Shown piece by piece: positions 63,825-64,000 of a stretch of 64,000 bases of DNA (positions are counted from its first letter, which is position 1; each line of letters opens with the position of its first letter). Position numbers and translations under genes: made by a program. This DNA is from Sphaerodactylus townsendi (taxonomy: Eukaryota): positions 107,384,001 through 107,448,000 of the forward strand of contig NC_059428.1 in NCBI RefSeq assembly GCF_021028975.2, written 5' to 3'. The notes beneath the pieces were generated by a model. It had not been told where the DNA came from. It saw only the letters and a list, made by a program, of their open reading frames with translations, and did not search any database.

Positions 63825-63941
63825 CACCACAGACATGGCCATCTAGATCTTCACACTGCCGGTTGTCACATTCACAGATTTTACCGTATATTCTGGAATC
63901 TCCTGGTGGGAAACAAGTGCATTGGCCACATTCACATTTCC
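63825..63941 (-). CDS. ITGBL1: Integrin beta-like 1, internal coding exon (117 nt)
   Basis: Minus strand ttttcag|[39 protein letters not shown]|gtatgt. Integrin EGF-like cysteine repeat, phase 1-1. Confidence 0.96.
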
Positions 63942-64000
63942 CTGAAAAGAATGATTGCTTGTTAGAGTCACACAGAATTATCAAGGTCAAATCATCATTA

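Overview
This window is vertebrate genomic DNA, and the repeat content (Squam3/Squam2-like SINEs, 5S-Sauria-like SINEs, SPIN, Penelope) points to a squamate, probably a gecko. It covers the tail-to-tail FGF14/ITGBL1 junction known from other amniotes. On the + strand are the distal part of a long FGF14 intron (1-30288), the last two FGF14 coding exons (30289-30487, 32904-33040) and a long, repeat-poor putative 3' UTR. On the - strand are the last four ITGBL1 coding exons (63825-63941, 57778-57924, 52051-52164, 46991-47082). All six exons have canonical splice signals and join in frame. The rest is a mosaic of transposon relics: hAT MITEs with intact 8-bp TSDs (including a SPIN MITE), Harbinger-like MITEs, CR1 and Penelope fragments, a solo LTR and SINEs, plus three N gaps. 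I found no convincing new multi-gene system. The best leads are: a ~320-bp Penelope-derived palindrome with a hammerhead-ribozyme core in the FGF14 pre-mRNA sense strand; a ~500-bp SINE-plus-unique-flank duplication 12 kb apart; an abundant 5S-rRNA-headed SINE; a truncated U2 snRNA retrocopy; and an RBFOX/Pumilio motif cluster in the FGF14 3' UTR. Family names come from recalled consensus sequences, not from database searches.
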